Assembly: GCF_009914755.1 (NCBI RefSeq)
Contig: NC_060930.1
Source of the DNA: the human T2T-CHM13v2.0 reference genome, Homo sapiens
Length of the DNA: 64,000 nucleotides
Reading direction: 5' to 3' (one strand)
Shown: piece after piece, positions 25,791-38,135 of the stretch
Layout: every line of letters begins with the position of its first letter
Numbering within the stretch: the stretch's first letter is position 1
The notes under the pieces: generated by a model
The model's input: only the letters and a program-made list of their open reading frames with translations
Database searches by the model: none
What the model was told of the DNA's origin: nothing
Program-made: the position numbers and the translations under genes

Positions 25791-26247
25791 CTCAAAAGCT
25801 TAAACTTACTATATCACTACCTAGAAAAATGCCTACACCCAGCAGTCTGTATCTTGTCAATTTTTTCTTTCTTTCTTTTTTTTTTTGAGACAGATTCTCA
25901 CTCTGTCGCCCAGGCTGGAGTGCGGTGGTGCACTCTCGACTAACTGCAACCTCTGCCTCCTGGAGTGATTCTCATGCCTCAGCTTCCCGAGTAGCTGAGA
26001 ACCATGCCTGGATAATTTCTGTATTTTTAGTAGAGGCGGGGTTTCACCATATTGGCTAGGTTGGTCTCGAACTCCTGGCCTCAAGTGATCCACCTGCCTC
26101 AGCCTCCCCAAGTGTGGGGATGACAGGCGTGAGCCACCGCACCTGGCCAGCAATTTTTTCTTTCTCTCGTGTCTTTATAATATTTAAAGTACCAGTCAAA
26201 AGTACCTGGTAAACATAGTGATGAGTAATTGGGATATAATTACTGGG
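25791..26247. repeat. Direct copy of 27788-27943, split by an Alu
   Basis: With the Alu removed, it aligns colinearly with 27788-27943 (ACCTAGAAAAATG-CTACACCCAG; TATTTAAAGTA-CAGTCAAAA-TACCTGGT; CATAGTGATGAG). About 80% identity by hand. Confidence 0.9.
25873..26148 (-). mobile_element. AluS with two internal deletions
   Basis: Alu body with TSD CAATTTTTTCTTTCT (25858-25872 / 26151-26165). Confidence 0.9.
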
Positions 26248-26326
26248 CCTCAGACTAGCCCAGAATTCCTGTGGGAGGGGAAATAGTTTCCCCTTAATAG
26301 GGAAGCGCATCAAAGAACACGTGGCC

Positions 26327-26544
26327 ATCTTTAATCTATAGGAGCTCATCATTCAAGTTGATCAGTCATAAAAATTATCAGCAAGTTCATTTTGCCAGTG
26401 TTTAGCACATAGAAGGCATTTTGTAAGTACCTCTGAACTTACCAAGTGAAGCACACGAATGGATTCTCCAAGAGCAATGACAGAGCTTAGAGGGGGCTTT
26501 GTAGTCTAGTTAGAATCATGGCATTTTATGGACTTCCTCTGTGA
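26327..26544. repeat. Right arm of the inverted repeat (probable template)
   Basis: Its reverse complement matches 25552-25769. Confidence 0.95.
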
Positions 26545-26704
26545 ATTTGTGTAACTCTCCCAATCTCACTCGGCCTCAGTTTTATTTGTAAAACGTAATA
26601 AATATTCCATTATGTATCATGTAAAATGATTCTATTATGTACCACATAAAAATCTTCAACAAAATAGAGACTGTGTAGACTGTAAATGTTTAATATTTAA
26701 TATA

Positions 26705-26880
26705 TCTGTAGTGATTAAGCGAAGAGCTTTGATCTTAGCTCCACCACTGACTTGCACGTGTCACCTTGGTCAGTCCACTCTTTAGTCCCTTTGAGCCCCG
26801 TTTCCGTTGACTGGAATATTGGTGTTGCGGTTCCTCTTTCATGTAGTACATGAAGCACAGTAGACTCAGTGCGTGGTGCT
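26705..26880 (+). mobile_element. MIR SINE fragment
   Basis: ATCTTAGCTCCACCACTGACTTGCACGTGTCACCTTGGTCAGTCCACT. Confidence 0.55.
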
Positions 26881-27564
26881 GTTATTTTTGTTGTAGTTGT
26901 TACTATTTTGTGCTCTGAGACTAGAACTCGAGGCTAAAATTTGCATGCACCACACTTTGGATTTGCGTGGGTGAGTCAGTGCTGTCCTAAGTGGGGGGTC
27001 ATCCATTAGAGGCATTCTGCTGTGGCAGGAGCAGCTTCAGAAACACGGCAGGCTAAGGACAATAGTTAGAAAATGTTATCCCAAATCAAGTCTGTTTGCT
27101 GCCATGTGTCAGCAAATCTCACGATGAAAAATACCCACATTTAAACATGATTTCTTCCATAGTCATTTGATTTCTAATGAGACAGCTTGTTACTATCTGT
27201 TAAGCACTGGATTTTGCAGTTATGTCAGAAGTCCATGTCAGTGACATTAGTTAATCCTCAGTGGATTTGCCTTTAGTAATCAATTGGCATTTAATTAACA
27301 TGCAAAAACTTCCCTGTGAAACCTAAATTCAATGTGTAGTAAGTCTCTTTGAGATAAGTTAGGGATGTTGTCAGGACATTTCATAGAGCATAGGCCTCCA
27401 TGCTCTTATTATTAACTTGAATTCCAGAGTTTTGAATATGCACATGAAGACACCAAGTGAGGACTTCGGCGAAGGGCGTAGAGGTATTTTGGTGTGATCC
27501 TTAATGTCAGAGTCTCATCTCCCACGTGTCCTTCTCTTATTAATTCTCAAAACACTGAGCTAAG

Positions 27565-27738
27565 CAGCCAGTTCTCAAAGTGGGCCCTAAGCTAGCAGCA
27601 TCTATAGCACCTGTTAGAACTGCAGGCTCTTGGGCCCCTCCCAGACCCAGTGAGTCAGACACTCTGGCGGTGCCCCACACCAGTCTGGATGTTCACAAGC
27701 CTCCAGGCGAGTCTGATCCTTGCAGTTTAAGACCAAGG
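27565..27738 (+). mobile_element. MER5A hAT-Charlie transposon
   Basis: GTTCTCAAAGTG...CAGCATC...TGTTAGAACTGCA...GGGCCCCTCCCAGACCCAGTGAGTCAGACACTCTGG...ACAAGCCTCCAGGCGAGTCTGAT. Confidence 0.75.
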
Positions 27739-27787
27739 AACTAGGGTCTGGTATCAGGATAGGGGATCCAATGAATACAAACCATCT

Positions 27788-27943
27788 CTCAGAAGCTTAA
27801 ATTCATTAAGCACCACCTAGAAAAATGTCTACACCCAGAAAGCTGGATCTATTTTTTTCTTTTGTGTCTTTATTATATTTAAAGTATCAGTCAAAAATAC
27901 CTGGTTCCCATAGTGATGAGCAATTAGGATATAAATGCATGGG
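27788..27943. repeat. Alu-free copy of the direct repeat (probable template)
   Basis: Matches 25791-25860 plus 26151-26247. Confidence 0.9.
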
Positions 27944-30900
27944 TATGGATATAAATTCTAAAATCCTTGCAGGAGTTTAATATTTGCTTTACATTTAATA
28001 GGAAAAGAATGCCGTTGTTTTCTGCCTGGGTTGCATTTTTTTCCTTTCCTTTTACAAATTGGTTTAGCCACATCCTGTACTTTATTTGCTCCTCTCTCCC
28101 ATAACTCTAGAATTAGGGTACATTAGAAGCTATCCGTAAACTCCAGTGAGGACATGTGATAAATTTAAGCTGGAGCATTTAAAACGAGCTGGGAGAGTAG
28201 AGAGAGAAGTAAAAGCAGCCATTTGTGATGTGGGTGGCAGTTTTTAGAAAGTGTCTGTGGAGGGCTAGTGGCTTGGCATGAGGAAAGAGAGGCGTTCCTC
28301 AGTGTTGTCCACAGAACAGACACTCCTGTGACAGATGTGATCTTCAGGCAAAGTGGTGCTCGTGCACAGGCTTACGTTAGCACACCTGCTGGTGCAGAAT
28401 GGTAGGAGAAATATTTCCCCAAAGGACAGAATGCGGATGGCTGGACAGAAACCACTGGGGGAAGGTTCCTGGGAGGAATTCCAGAATGTTTTCTCTGGCA
28501 AATAGGACAGAGGAGGCAGAAAAGCAAACCGGATCTCACTCCAAGTCTTTATGGACACAGATGGAAAGGAGAGCAGGAAGAAATCACAGGTCACACGGTG
28601 GGAGACACGGTGTAGCTGAGGGTAACCTAGTCGTGTTTAGGTGTGACAAATGACTTGCACTGTTTGCCAGACAACAGTGCCCCCCCATCCCCCACGGGGG
28701 TGTAATTCCACTAGTGACACTGATTCAGTTTCCAAAAGAAGCAAAACTCTTCTGCTATAAGATTCTTGATTTGTAAGAGTTTCCCCAGCTCAGTGCTTCC
28801 CCTTAGCTTTTTCCTTTTTCATCTCTAAGAGGTTATCACTTCTCAAAAACAAGAGTGCTTTGCCACTTCTCTAGTAGCAAGGTATGAAAACATGCTCTAA
28901 AATACTTACTTCCTCCAGCTGCACTGCTGCAGGCGGCCGCCTGAGGGATGGAGATGTTCTGGGCTCAGGGTGGACGGGCCTCTAGACAGAGCTATGGACC
29001 CTTCTCCAAAGCTGTGCACGAGGGACGTAGATTGGCATAAGATGCTACACAGAAAACCTGTCGTCTAGATTATTCACGTGGTGGAAAACCTCCATTGGGG
29101 CATATTACCATAGAAGGGAAAAGGGTCTGTTCTCTCCACCACAAGCAATGGAGAATGTCCCATATCAAAGATAAGTTTGCAGCCAAGGTGGCCTTCATTG
29201 GTAACAGGTTCCATAATTGGCAATGATAGGTATTTTCCTTGCCTCGAAACACAGTCAAGAGGGGAGAGTGTGAGAAGCCAGGGACTTAGGACAGGAGGTG
29301 AGGTGATGAGTCATTTTGGTTTCTCAGAGCTGACCTCTGTTGTATTTTTATTTGGGGGTTCAGTCTCTGGCTTGAGGGCTCTTCAGAAAGGAGAGCTTAC
29401 TTTTGTCACGGAAGGAGGGATGGAGACCTCACCCTTTTGCATGGCCAGCTGGAGCCCCAGGTGTCGCGTGTCCAGCTCGTGGGTGGCATGATGTCATGTT
29501 TGTTGACCACGTTGGACCTCATTCTGTCCCGAGAACTTAACTGGGCTAGGAGTTGTGAAACCAGATTTCTTGTTATTTGCTTAGACTTGCTTTTTTTTTT
29601 TTTTCCCCATATCCACAAAATGAGAATCCTGGGCTTTTAGTATAATAAGGATTGAAAAATGATTATAAAATACAAGGCAAAAAGATCCATGCTATTTAAA
29701 TGTTTACTATTATTTTGAGATTCATTTTATGTGCCATACTGCTTTACAAATAGTCTGTAATATTTTAATACAGCACTTTATCTTCGTAATCAAATCTTGA
29801 GAAGGCCCCCTATAGCTAATCTTTCTCAAAATCGGCTTAATTTATTAGTGGATAACTATACTTAGGCCTCTTTCTAGAACCTTATGAAGTTTGACATGCA
29901 CTATTTTTAGACATTACGGGTTCTCTTACTGAGACGCTCCAAAGGGAACAGTGGGGGCAGATGTCCTCCAGGAACCTTGGCAATAAATCCCCCTGGGTGC
30001 ATGACCTGGGGTCACCAAAACTGCCTGCTACCCAGCAGCAGCAGAAGGGAGACCCAGGTTGGCAGCTGGAGTGACTGACAGTGATTTCCTTTCTGTTCAG
30101 TGATGAGCCCACCATGAAGAAAGGGCACGAATCTGCTTCCTCTCTCCCTGTCCTGGGAACGGTGCCTGCCCGTGATGGTATCCTCAGGCCCCCCTCTCTG
30201 CGCCAGCAAGATGTCCCAGGGGACGTCTGTGCATTCAGCCAGGTGACCACTAGAATAAAATGTTCTCTAGGACCACCTAAGAGGTAACCCTATATTGGAG
30301 ATACTGAGGAGAGAGGCCGGGGTGGCTGATAGGGTGGGGAGGCACCATCTGTCTGAGTGCACCCTCCCCTGAGACCCTCAGGGTGTCCTGGGGAGACCAG
30401 CAGGTTGGAAGTCCTACGCTTTGAAATTTTTAATTAAACAGGAACCTTTGAAGGAAGCTTTTGATTGTTAGTAACATCCTGACTTGCTCCCCCCATGTGA
30501 CAGGCTCCCCTTTGTGTGTGGCCCCTCCTGAGTCCACATCCTTCATAAGGAGCGGCTTTACCTCCCTTCCTGTAGGAGAGGAAGCCAGGGCTGTGGCCCA
30601 GGGAGGGAGGGGAGGCAGCCACTTCTCTCTTCAGTGCAGTTCATTCCAGTTTGGCTCTGACTGTGGCCAAGCAGGGAAGGGGTGCAGGATGGAAGGCAGC
30701 AGCGTGTACTTAGGCAGCTCAGTCAATGGAGCCCCCACGTCTCATCCCCTGCCAACCCTGGGCTCTTCCTGGCTGGATCTGGGCAGCCCAGGGCAGAACC
30801 TAGAGTCCAGGGCCACTGGTTCTCCTTGCCAGGTCCCAGGACCCAGTCCTGTTGAAATAACAGAGTTGATGGGAATGCTCTTTGCTGGGCACGAAGCACA

Positions 30901-33900
30901 GGCTTTAAAGGGCTGCCCATTCGCCACCACACTAGATACTCCCTGAAGGCTATGGGCACTTCCTAGCTCCTCAGCACACCCACAAACAGACACTAGAGGT
31001 TAGGGAAGGGCGATGCCACTTTCAACAGGCTGTTGACACTTAGCAGCATTTTGTAGACCAGCCTAAATCAGTGGTTCCTGAGCATCCTTATCCTCTCAGA
31101 AAGCTGATTTTGAGCCAGATTAGCTATAAGGGCCCTCTCCTTTCAATATTTGATTATGAATATAAAATGTCTTCCTAAAATCTTATAGAATGTTCATAAA
31201 CTAGCATGGCACGTAAAATGAAGCCAAAATAATGCTCATAGTAAACCTTGTACTTAAATAGCTCAGATTTTTTTTCTTGAATTTTGTAATGATTTTCCAA
31301 TGCTGCTTATGTAACGGCCCAACATTCGTGCTCATAGATATGGGAAGAAAGTCAGCAAGACTAGGTTTTGGAGACTAGTCTAAACCCAAGTGTGGATCTG
31401 GGTCATCTGGAAATCAACAGGCAAAATCCTTGGCTGCACTCAGGCCTGTAGCTGCAGACTCTCAGCCCAAGAGCTTGTGTGTTTGACAAGCACCTCGTGT
31501 CACTCACAGGCGTCCTGCTCTGCATCGATATGGAGGAGCACTGGAGATTAGAAACCTCTGGAAAGAGAGGAGATTGCAGTGAAGCCCCGGGGTCCTGGGT
31601 GTAGCCAAGGAGGTGCTTCATGATTTTTACTTACTTCCTCATCTCTCCACTCCTGGTTACTTTTTGGACTTCCTATTCCATTTCCTGCTTTCATAGAAGC
31701 CTAATTTTTAATATTTAAGTTTCAGTCAGCCGAAGAAAGGCAATCTGTCTTCTCTTTCACACAGTTTATGTCTTGAAGGATTTCTCTAATCCATTCCAGC
31801 AGTCGGTTAAGGGAAAGTTTTATTTAACCCCTGCATCCATGCCTACAATTGCTACTTGCCAACATTTCATTACTTCTTGTAGAATGTAAGTGCCTGTTTC
31901 TAAAAATGAAAACTTATAGAGATCAGAGCCCTTCATGATACCAGCTCTCTGCTGTGCTTGTGGCCACCCGATGTTGGATACTGGGTGATACTGCAGAGCA
32001 ACGGAGCATCTGTGGGGAGGTCCAGAATCGAGAATGGTCTGATGAACAAAATATGCCACCAGTCTTGTTTGCAAGGGGGCAGCACGTGATGGAGGAAACA
32101 AGGTCCTTTTCAGTTCTTAAAGTCTTCACTGACAGGTCACAGAAGTATAGGGTCCCTTTTGCCTTTTCCTTCTTGGCGATACTTAAGTCTGGCTCAGATG
32201 CTTTTGTGTGTTCTTTTAGAAACTATCAACCTACTGCACACAAAATATGTGTACTTGGATGGTGTTTGATACGGTGTGGATGCTCAGGGTAAAAAAGAAA
32301 AAATAGCCATAACCAATTCTGGAAAGGAAGGAATGAAGAAAAAGGTTGTAACCTGCTGGGCGGGTCTAGAACACTCCACACCCATCCCCCAGAATGAAAT
32401 CAGCTTTCCAAGTCATCTGTTTGGGCAGGAGTTTCCAGCCAGTTAGAACTCTCTGTCCTCCCTTCCAGTCTTTTAGGCAACGCTGTATTTTGAAAGCCAG
32501 ATGAGGAAGGCAGATGTTTTTCCCATCTCCACCCACATCAAGACTGTTGTTTGCCAAATAAACTGGGTTGGGACACAAATCCTGCAGAAGGGCTGCCACT
32601 GGGGGCACTGGAGGCTTCTAGCCCGGGTCAGCCCTGCCAGGACCATGGGTGGCGCACCTGTTGTCAATTAACTGTCCAGGCTGAACTTGGGAACGAAGGC
32701 CAGAACAGGTGTGGGAGGCTGGTCCTCCAGCTAAACTTTGACTTCAAGCTCAAGGAAGGGTTTGAAAGGGTGGGAAGAAAAATATTGCACATTGGTTGGG
32801 TGATCAATATTTATTAAATTTAGAGCCATTTATACTTGCCAGTTCTGCGTTTTGTAGTATTTTTGAAGCAAACGCAACTCATTTTCTGGCAGAGAACTGA
32901 TGCTTAGAATTAGAAAAACAAAGTATTAAGTAGAACTGGCATAAGACCCCATCGACGAGGGATGGATTTCAAAACTTCTCAGCCAGCCGTCCCTCCGTGC
33001 ACATTATGAGTCTGGAAACCCAGGGATCCCATGTGAGCGCGCTAGGGAAGTGGAGCGTTGCAGGCCTCCCGAAACACAGCTGCCCACTGCCTGCCCACAT
33101 CCTCCTTGGCAGCTTGGGGTGAGCTGCCGCTGAGAAGCTACGCTGGCGCTGAATTTCCTCTTTTCAGCTGCGTACAAAGATAGGCCCTTGAATTGTGGCA
33201 TCACAGCACGGTGCTCCAGCCCATGTGTTGGCCTCTGTTCCCCAGGGAGTGTTGGAGGGGAGCGTGCTGATCCAGCGTCCAGCTCTTCCGGGAGTGGGCT
33301 GGCTGCTCTGAGGGTGGCTGTGGGTGAAAGCCTCCCGGGGTCTGCTTCTGGGGGAAAATGAGGCTGGCAGTGGCCTGACCACTCGGTTTTCCAGCCACCC
33401 AAATTCAGTTGCTCTCTGAGCTCTTACTGTACACGGAGCTGAAATATTGTGCAGGAAGCAATGAATCAGACCCTTTGCCTGCAGGAGCCTACCCTCTGGT
33501 GGAGGACACCCACCAGCATGAGGATAAACGCAGAACTGGGACAGCGTGAGCGTGAGAGGCACAGGCAGAGCAATGCATGCTGGGTGTGGACCAGGAGAGG
33601 AAAAGCCACTTTTTTGCTTTTTTATTCAGGAGGACAAATAGCAGGAGAGGCTTGTTCGGTATTTTTCAGCTTATAGGCCCCCCGACCCCCTTCCTCATCT
33701 CTTTCTTGCAGGGCCTACAGCTATTTGGTGTTAAAAACTGAATTTTGGACAGATAAAAATGCCAGTGTTTTCCTGGTCTGCCCGGCTCTGGCTGCTCCAT
33801 CTTGGCCACGGTGGCATGGCTGGGGTTGGAAAGGGGAACCTGGGGGCCTGCAGGGAGCCAGGCACAGTCAAGCGCAAGCTCCACCTCTCTGTTCCTCCCC

Positions 33901-34111
33901 TCCACACACTGTCCAGGGCCATGGTCACCTGGTGCTGGCTCCAGCGAGTCCTGACCCCAGCTCTGGCTCAGGGCTTCCCCTGGAGACTTCAGCAAGTCTC
34001 CCCGAAGCCCTGCGTGCCTTTCCCACCAGGGAATCCCTCCAGCCTCAGGTTTCTGTGGGCTCCTCCCACGCAGGAGAGGGTGCCTGGAAAGTGGACATGT
34101 CCATTTTCAGT

Positions 34112-34490
34112 CCCCCTACCGTCTCCCCTCCTCCCCCCAACTCCTCCCCTCCCCCCACTCCTTCCCATTCCCTACCCTCTCCTCCCCACCCCCACCCTCT
34201 TCTCCTGCCCCCCACCCTCTCCTCCCTACCCCCACCTTCTCCTCTCCCTCACCCACCCTCTCCTCGCCCCCAACCCTCTCCTCCTCATTCTCCGCTCACC
34301 CCCATCTCTTTGGTGAGGCTGTAGAGTGACTTAGGTTATCCCAGAGTGACCTGAATGTTAAAGAAGGTGCTCCCTGTCTTTCCACATTGCTCCCCTTTCC
34401 TTTCCCCTCCTTTCCCATCTCTTAGTCCCCCTTACCTCCCACTTCCCTCCCTTCTTCTCCCTCCACGCTGCCCCTCACCCTGTTCTCTTC
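34112..34490. repeat. C/T-rich low-complexity polypyrimidine tract
   Basis: Dense runs of CCC, CCT and CCCA, almost G-free over 34125-34310. Confidence 0.9.
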
Positions 34491-35070
34491 AGGCTGTCTG
34501 GCTGCCTGCGAGGGTCTCCCTGGGCACCCAGCTCCTCCACAGGAGGGTCCCAGGCCAGGCCTGCAGGGAGGCTGGGGCAGGTTCTCAGCTTGGCCTCGGG
34601 CTGACCCCACTTCTCAGATAGAGAAGCCCATATTTAGGGTATAATGGAGGAGTACGGGGAAAGGAATTAAGACACTGATGTGGGGATGGGAGGGCAGAGG
34701 GGAATGTCGGGGGGACAGCGGGGAGGGGAGGTTGATTACAGCCTCTCAGGATGATGTGGATGGGTGGGAGGGAGCAGCGACCATGGAGGCAGAGACAGTT
34801 GGGGGCACCTTAGAGGGAGGCGCAGAGGGGTGGTGACCTTGTCCCCGGAGGGACCTCCTCCTGGGCTCCATGCTCAAGAGTTGAGGTGGTGTGGGCTGAG
34901 GAGGCCAGAGGTCAAATGCATGGGAATCAGAAGTCTGGCTCCAGAGAATGAGAGCAGCGAGCCAGTAGGGCCAGGCTGCTTTAGGACCAAGGTGGCAGCC
35001 AGAGACAGTGGCAGTGGAGAGCCGGGAGGAGACTGACTCTAACAAGGGGAGGTTAGGAATTTCATCAGGG

Positions 35071-35392
35071 GCCAAATGGTTCGAATGTTTGTGTCACTCA
35101 AAAGTCCCAAGGGGATGGTCTTAGGAGGTGGGGCCCTTGGGAGGCGATGACGTCATAATGTGAAGCCCTTGTGAATGGGATTCCTGCCCTCGAAATGGAG
35201 GCCCGGAGAGCTCCCTCGCTCCTTCCACCACATGAGGACATAACCGGAAGGCACAGGCTGTGAATCAGGGAGCCCTCCCCAGACACAGGATCGCCTGGCA
35301 CCTTGATCTTGGACTTCCCAGCCTCCAGAGTGTGAGGAATAAGCCGCCGGGTCTAAGGTGTTCTGTTAGAGCTGCCCAAACCAATGAAGCCA
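35071..35392 (+). mobile_element. MLT1A/MLT1A0 solo LTR
   Basis: Colinear with the copy at 24898-25269: TTAGGAGGTGGGG, CCTTGATCTTGGACTTCCCAGCCTCCAGA. Confidence 0.8.
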
Positions 35393-36763
35393 GGAGCCCT
35401 GGATTACAGCCTCTCCCTCCCCACCTGCCAGGGCACCCCTCTCTCTAACTTACCTGAACATGCCCCTGGGCCGCAGTGACTCTGGGGCCCCAGGAGACTC
35501 AGGAGAGGGCATGGTGGACACCCAGCAAGGCCAGCCCCCTCTTCCTTCATGAATTCTGTCACTCGCTAAGCGTAGCATTTACAGAACCATCAGAGACATT
35601 TAAGGTCCATAAAACTATGCGTTTATAGGGAGCATCTATGTGTGGAGTTAGCATTTGCTGAAAGTCAACATGGTGTTTGTTGTCACTTTATAGGTTTTGC
35701 TTTGCAAACTTTTCCTTGGTTACTAAGCTTGCCATGTGGACAGGCCCAGCGGTGGCTGTGATCTTATGGGCATCCTGAACTGCGTCAAAGTGATTTCTAA
35801 TGATGCTGTGAAAGTTAAAACAGATTAAAAGCCAGTGCACAGTGGTCTTCAATTTAGTATATGTTTACTTTACCAAGAAGATTCACAATTACAGAAAAAA
35901 AAAAGAGTGCTACAATATTGGCGTGAGGGACCCTTGGTCACTTTGTTATTAGGCAATCACTGTTTTTGCTGCCCTCACCCAAACCTTCTGCATTTATTGA
36001 GTGCAGAAGGTTTGGGTGCCTTCTTGGTAGACTTGAGCCTTTTTTGGAGTTAAGGTCTTTGCTGGGACAGAAAGATACGGCAACAGTTGAGAATTTGGTG
36101 CTTCAGGATAGCTTGACGTCAGAAGCACTTTCAGGCACCATTCCTTCAGTTTTTGATCTCTTTAGTGAAAGATTGAATTAACTCTAATTATATTTTATCC
36201 ATTGTAAATTTGCATTTGTCATTCATTGTTCTCACCTCCTAGTCTCTGCCTTGTCTCTCCCTCAGGGCAAAACTGATAAATGAAGAAGGAAACCAAGGCT
36301 CCTGCCACTGAGTGTGTGTCTCCAAAAAGCACAAAGATCTTCCAGCTGTTTACTAACGTGGTGCCTCTGTCTCCCGACCCCCCACCTGTCCCTTCAAGCA
36401 TGGTCACCCACATGTGCTCAGAATTGGGCACCTAGTCAGCAGCTCCAGTGGCTTCCAGGACTCTCCTAAATTGACTTCTGACTTTTAGAAAAGGTGGAGT
36501 CCCCTTTTCTGCTGCTGCCCTGGAAGGTGCTGAAGCGGAGCTCAGACTTAGGCTGCAGGAATGAGCGAGGGGCCCCTAAGAGCCAGCTCTGGCATTTGTT
36601 GGGGAATGGGTCACTGGTCTCTAGCAGCAGGAATGGCAGTGATTCCTCAGCTCCTCTTGAGTGCTGACCAGGTGCTTGGTGCTCTTCCAGGCCCTTCATG
36701 TGAACTGGCGCCTCTCATCCTCACGTAGCACCGTGCCAGTGGTCATTTTGTTATCCTTGTTTA

Positions 36764-37175
<412 letters not shown>

Positions 37176-37947
37176 TCATGGTCCTGGGGGTCCTGCTCTT
37201 AGACCCCTGCTGTGTGAGGCCTGCCCTCCTGCTTGTTGCCTCCTCTCCATTGTGGACCAGTTCCCTGTGGAAACCTCCCACTGGCTTCACATAGACTTAA
37301 GAGAAGCCCCTTCCCTTAGCCCCTGCCCCCACACCCTAGCCCTGGGCAGCCCCGTCCAGGCTCCCCACCCTCCTGCCCCAAACCTACCTTTGGAGATGGA
37401 GGGTCAGGCTGTGCTGTGCTGACAAATAACCTCCAAACCTTCACAGTTTAAAACAGAAATGTATTTTTGCTGGGACCAGAGCACAGGTCTCCTAACTCCA
37501 GGTGCAGTGTGGGCGGTCCAGAGGCTGTGCCCATGACAGGCCCTGCTGGGGCTGCCCAGGCTTTGGCTGCACCTGGGCCTTGGGCCCTTGGCAGAAGGCG
37601 GAAGGGGAAGTGGGCACCATTAGGGTTCATTGCTTAGAGTGAGTCACGTGGCCACATCTGGCTTCCAAGAGGCAGTGCAGACAACCCTGTGATGGAAGTG
37701 GGCGGGCTGGGACCTGCTGGGGGTGTCTCTGTCACCAGATATGCTCTCACTCCTGAGGGTCCTGGTTCTGGTCACACCCTCTGTCAGGATGCAGGAACTG
37801 GTGTTTCATCCGGAGGCCAGGTAGAGGGTCCCCTCCTCTGTGACTGCCCTGACCAGACACCACGAAATAACCCCGTGATTGGCCACCATCACCTCACTCT
37901 ATTCTTTCTGTCTGACATTGATTACTACCTGAAATCTTCTTTTTTTG

Positions 37948-38135
37948 CCTATCATTTATCTGTCAATCATCTGTTGTCTATGTATCATCTATTTATCATC
38001 TCTGTACATGTCTATCATTTATCTGTCAATCATCTGTCACATGTCATCTGTCATTTTTCTCTGTCACCTATCATCTGTCTGTTATACCATCTGTCACCTA
38101 TCTGCGCATCTGTCAATCAGTCATCTATCTGTTTA
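37948..38135. repeat. Degenerate (TATC/CATC/TGTC)n microsatellite
   Basis: TATCATTTATCTGTCAATCATCTGT occurs twice, and ATCTGTCA recurs throughout. Confidence 0.85.

Larger units (their letters stand above)
23820..26340 (-). mobile_element. MLT1H-like MaLR proviral relic: truncated LTR (~23820-24055), internal segment (~24060-24760), second LTR (~24765-26340) interrupted twice
   Basis: The two LTR copies share motifs (AGGAATTTG; GCTGGTCCAGAGGGTTCAAGATGGCTT vs GCTGGCCTGGGGGTTCAAGAAGGCTT). The MaLR internal/LTR junction CACCCCTCTTCCAGGTAACAA lies at ~24733. The LTR terminus GTGGCCATCTTTAATCTA lies at ~26321-26338. Confidence 0.65.

Noticed and set aside
32950-33400. Possible CpG-island promoter
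   Set aside because: CpGs are modestly enriched but too sparse by eye for an island, and no first-exon structure is evident.
33725-34324. 199-aa Pro-rich ORF
   Set aside because: The Pro/Ser run is simply the translation of the C-rich tract, the start codon is not ATG, and I recognise no domain.
35447-35630. Minus-strand CAG|GTAAGT donor with an upstream TATA-like word; another strong donor at ~54337
   Set aside because: These are isolated splice words without a convincing partner exon or ORF.
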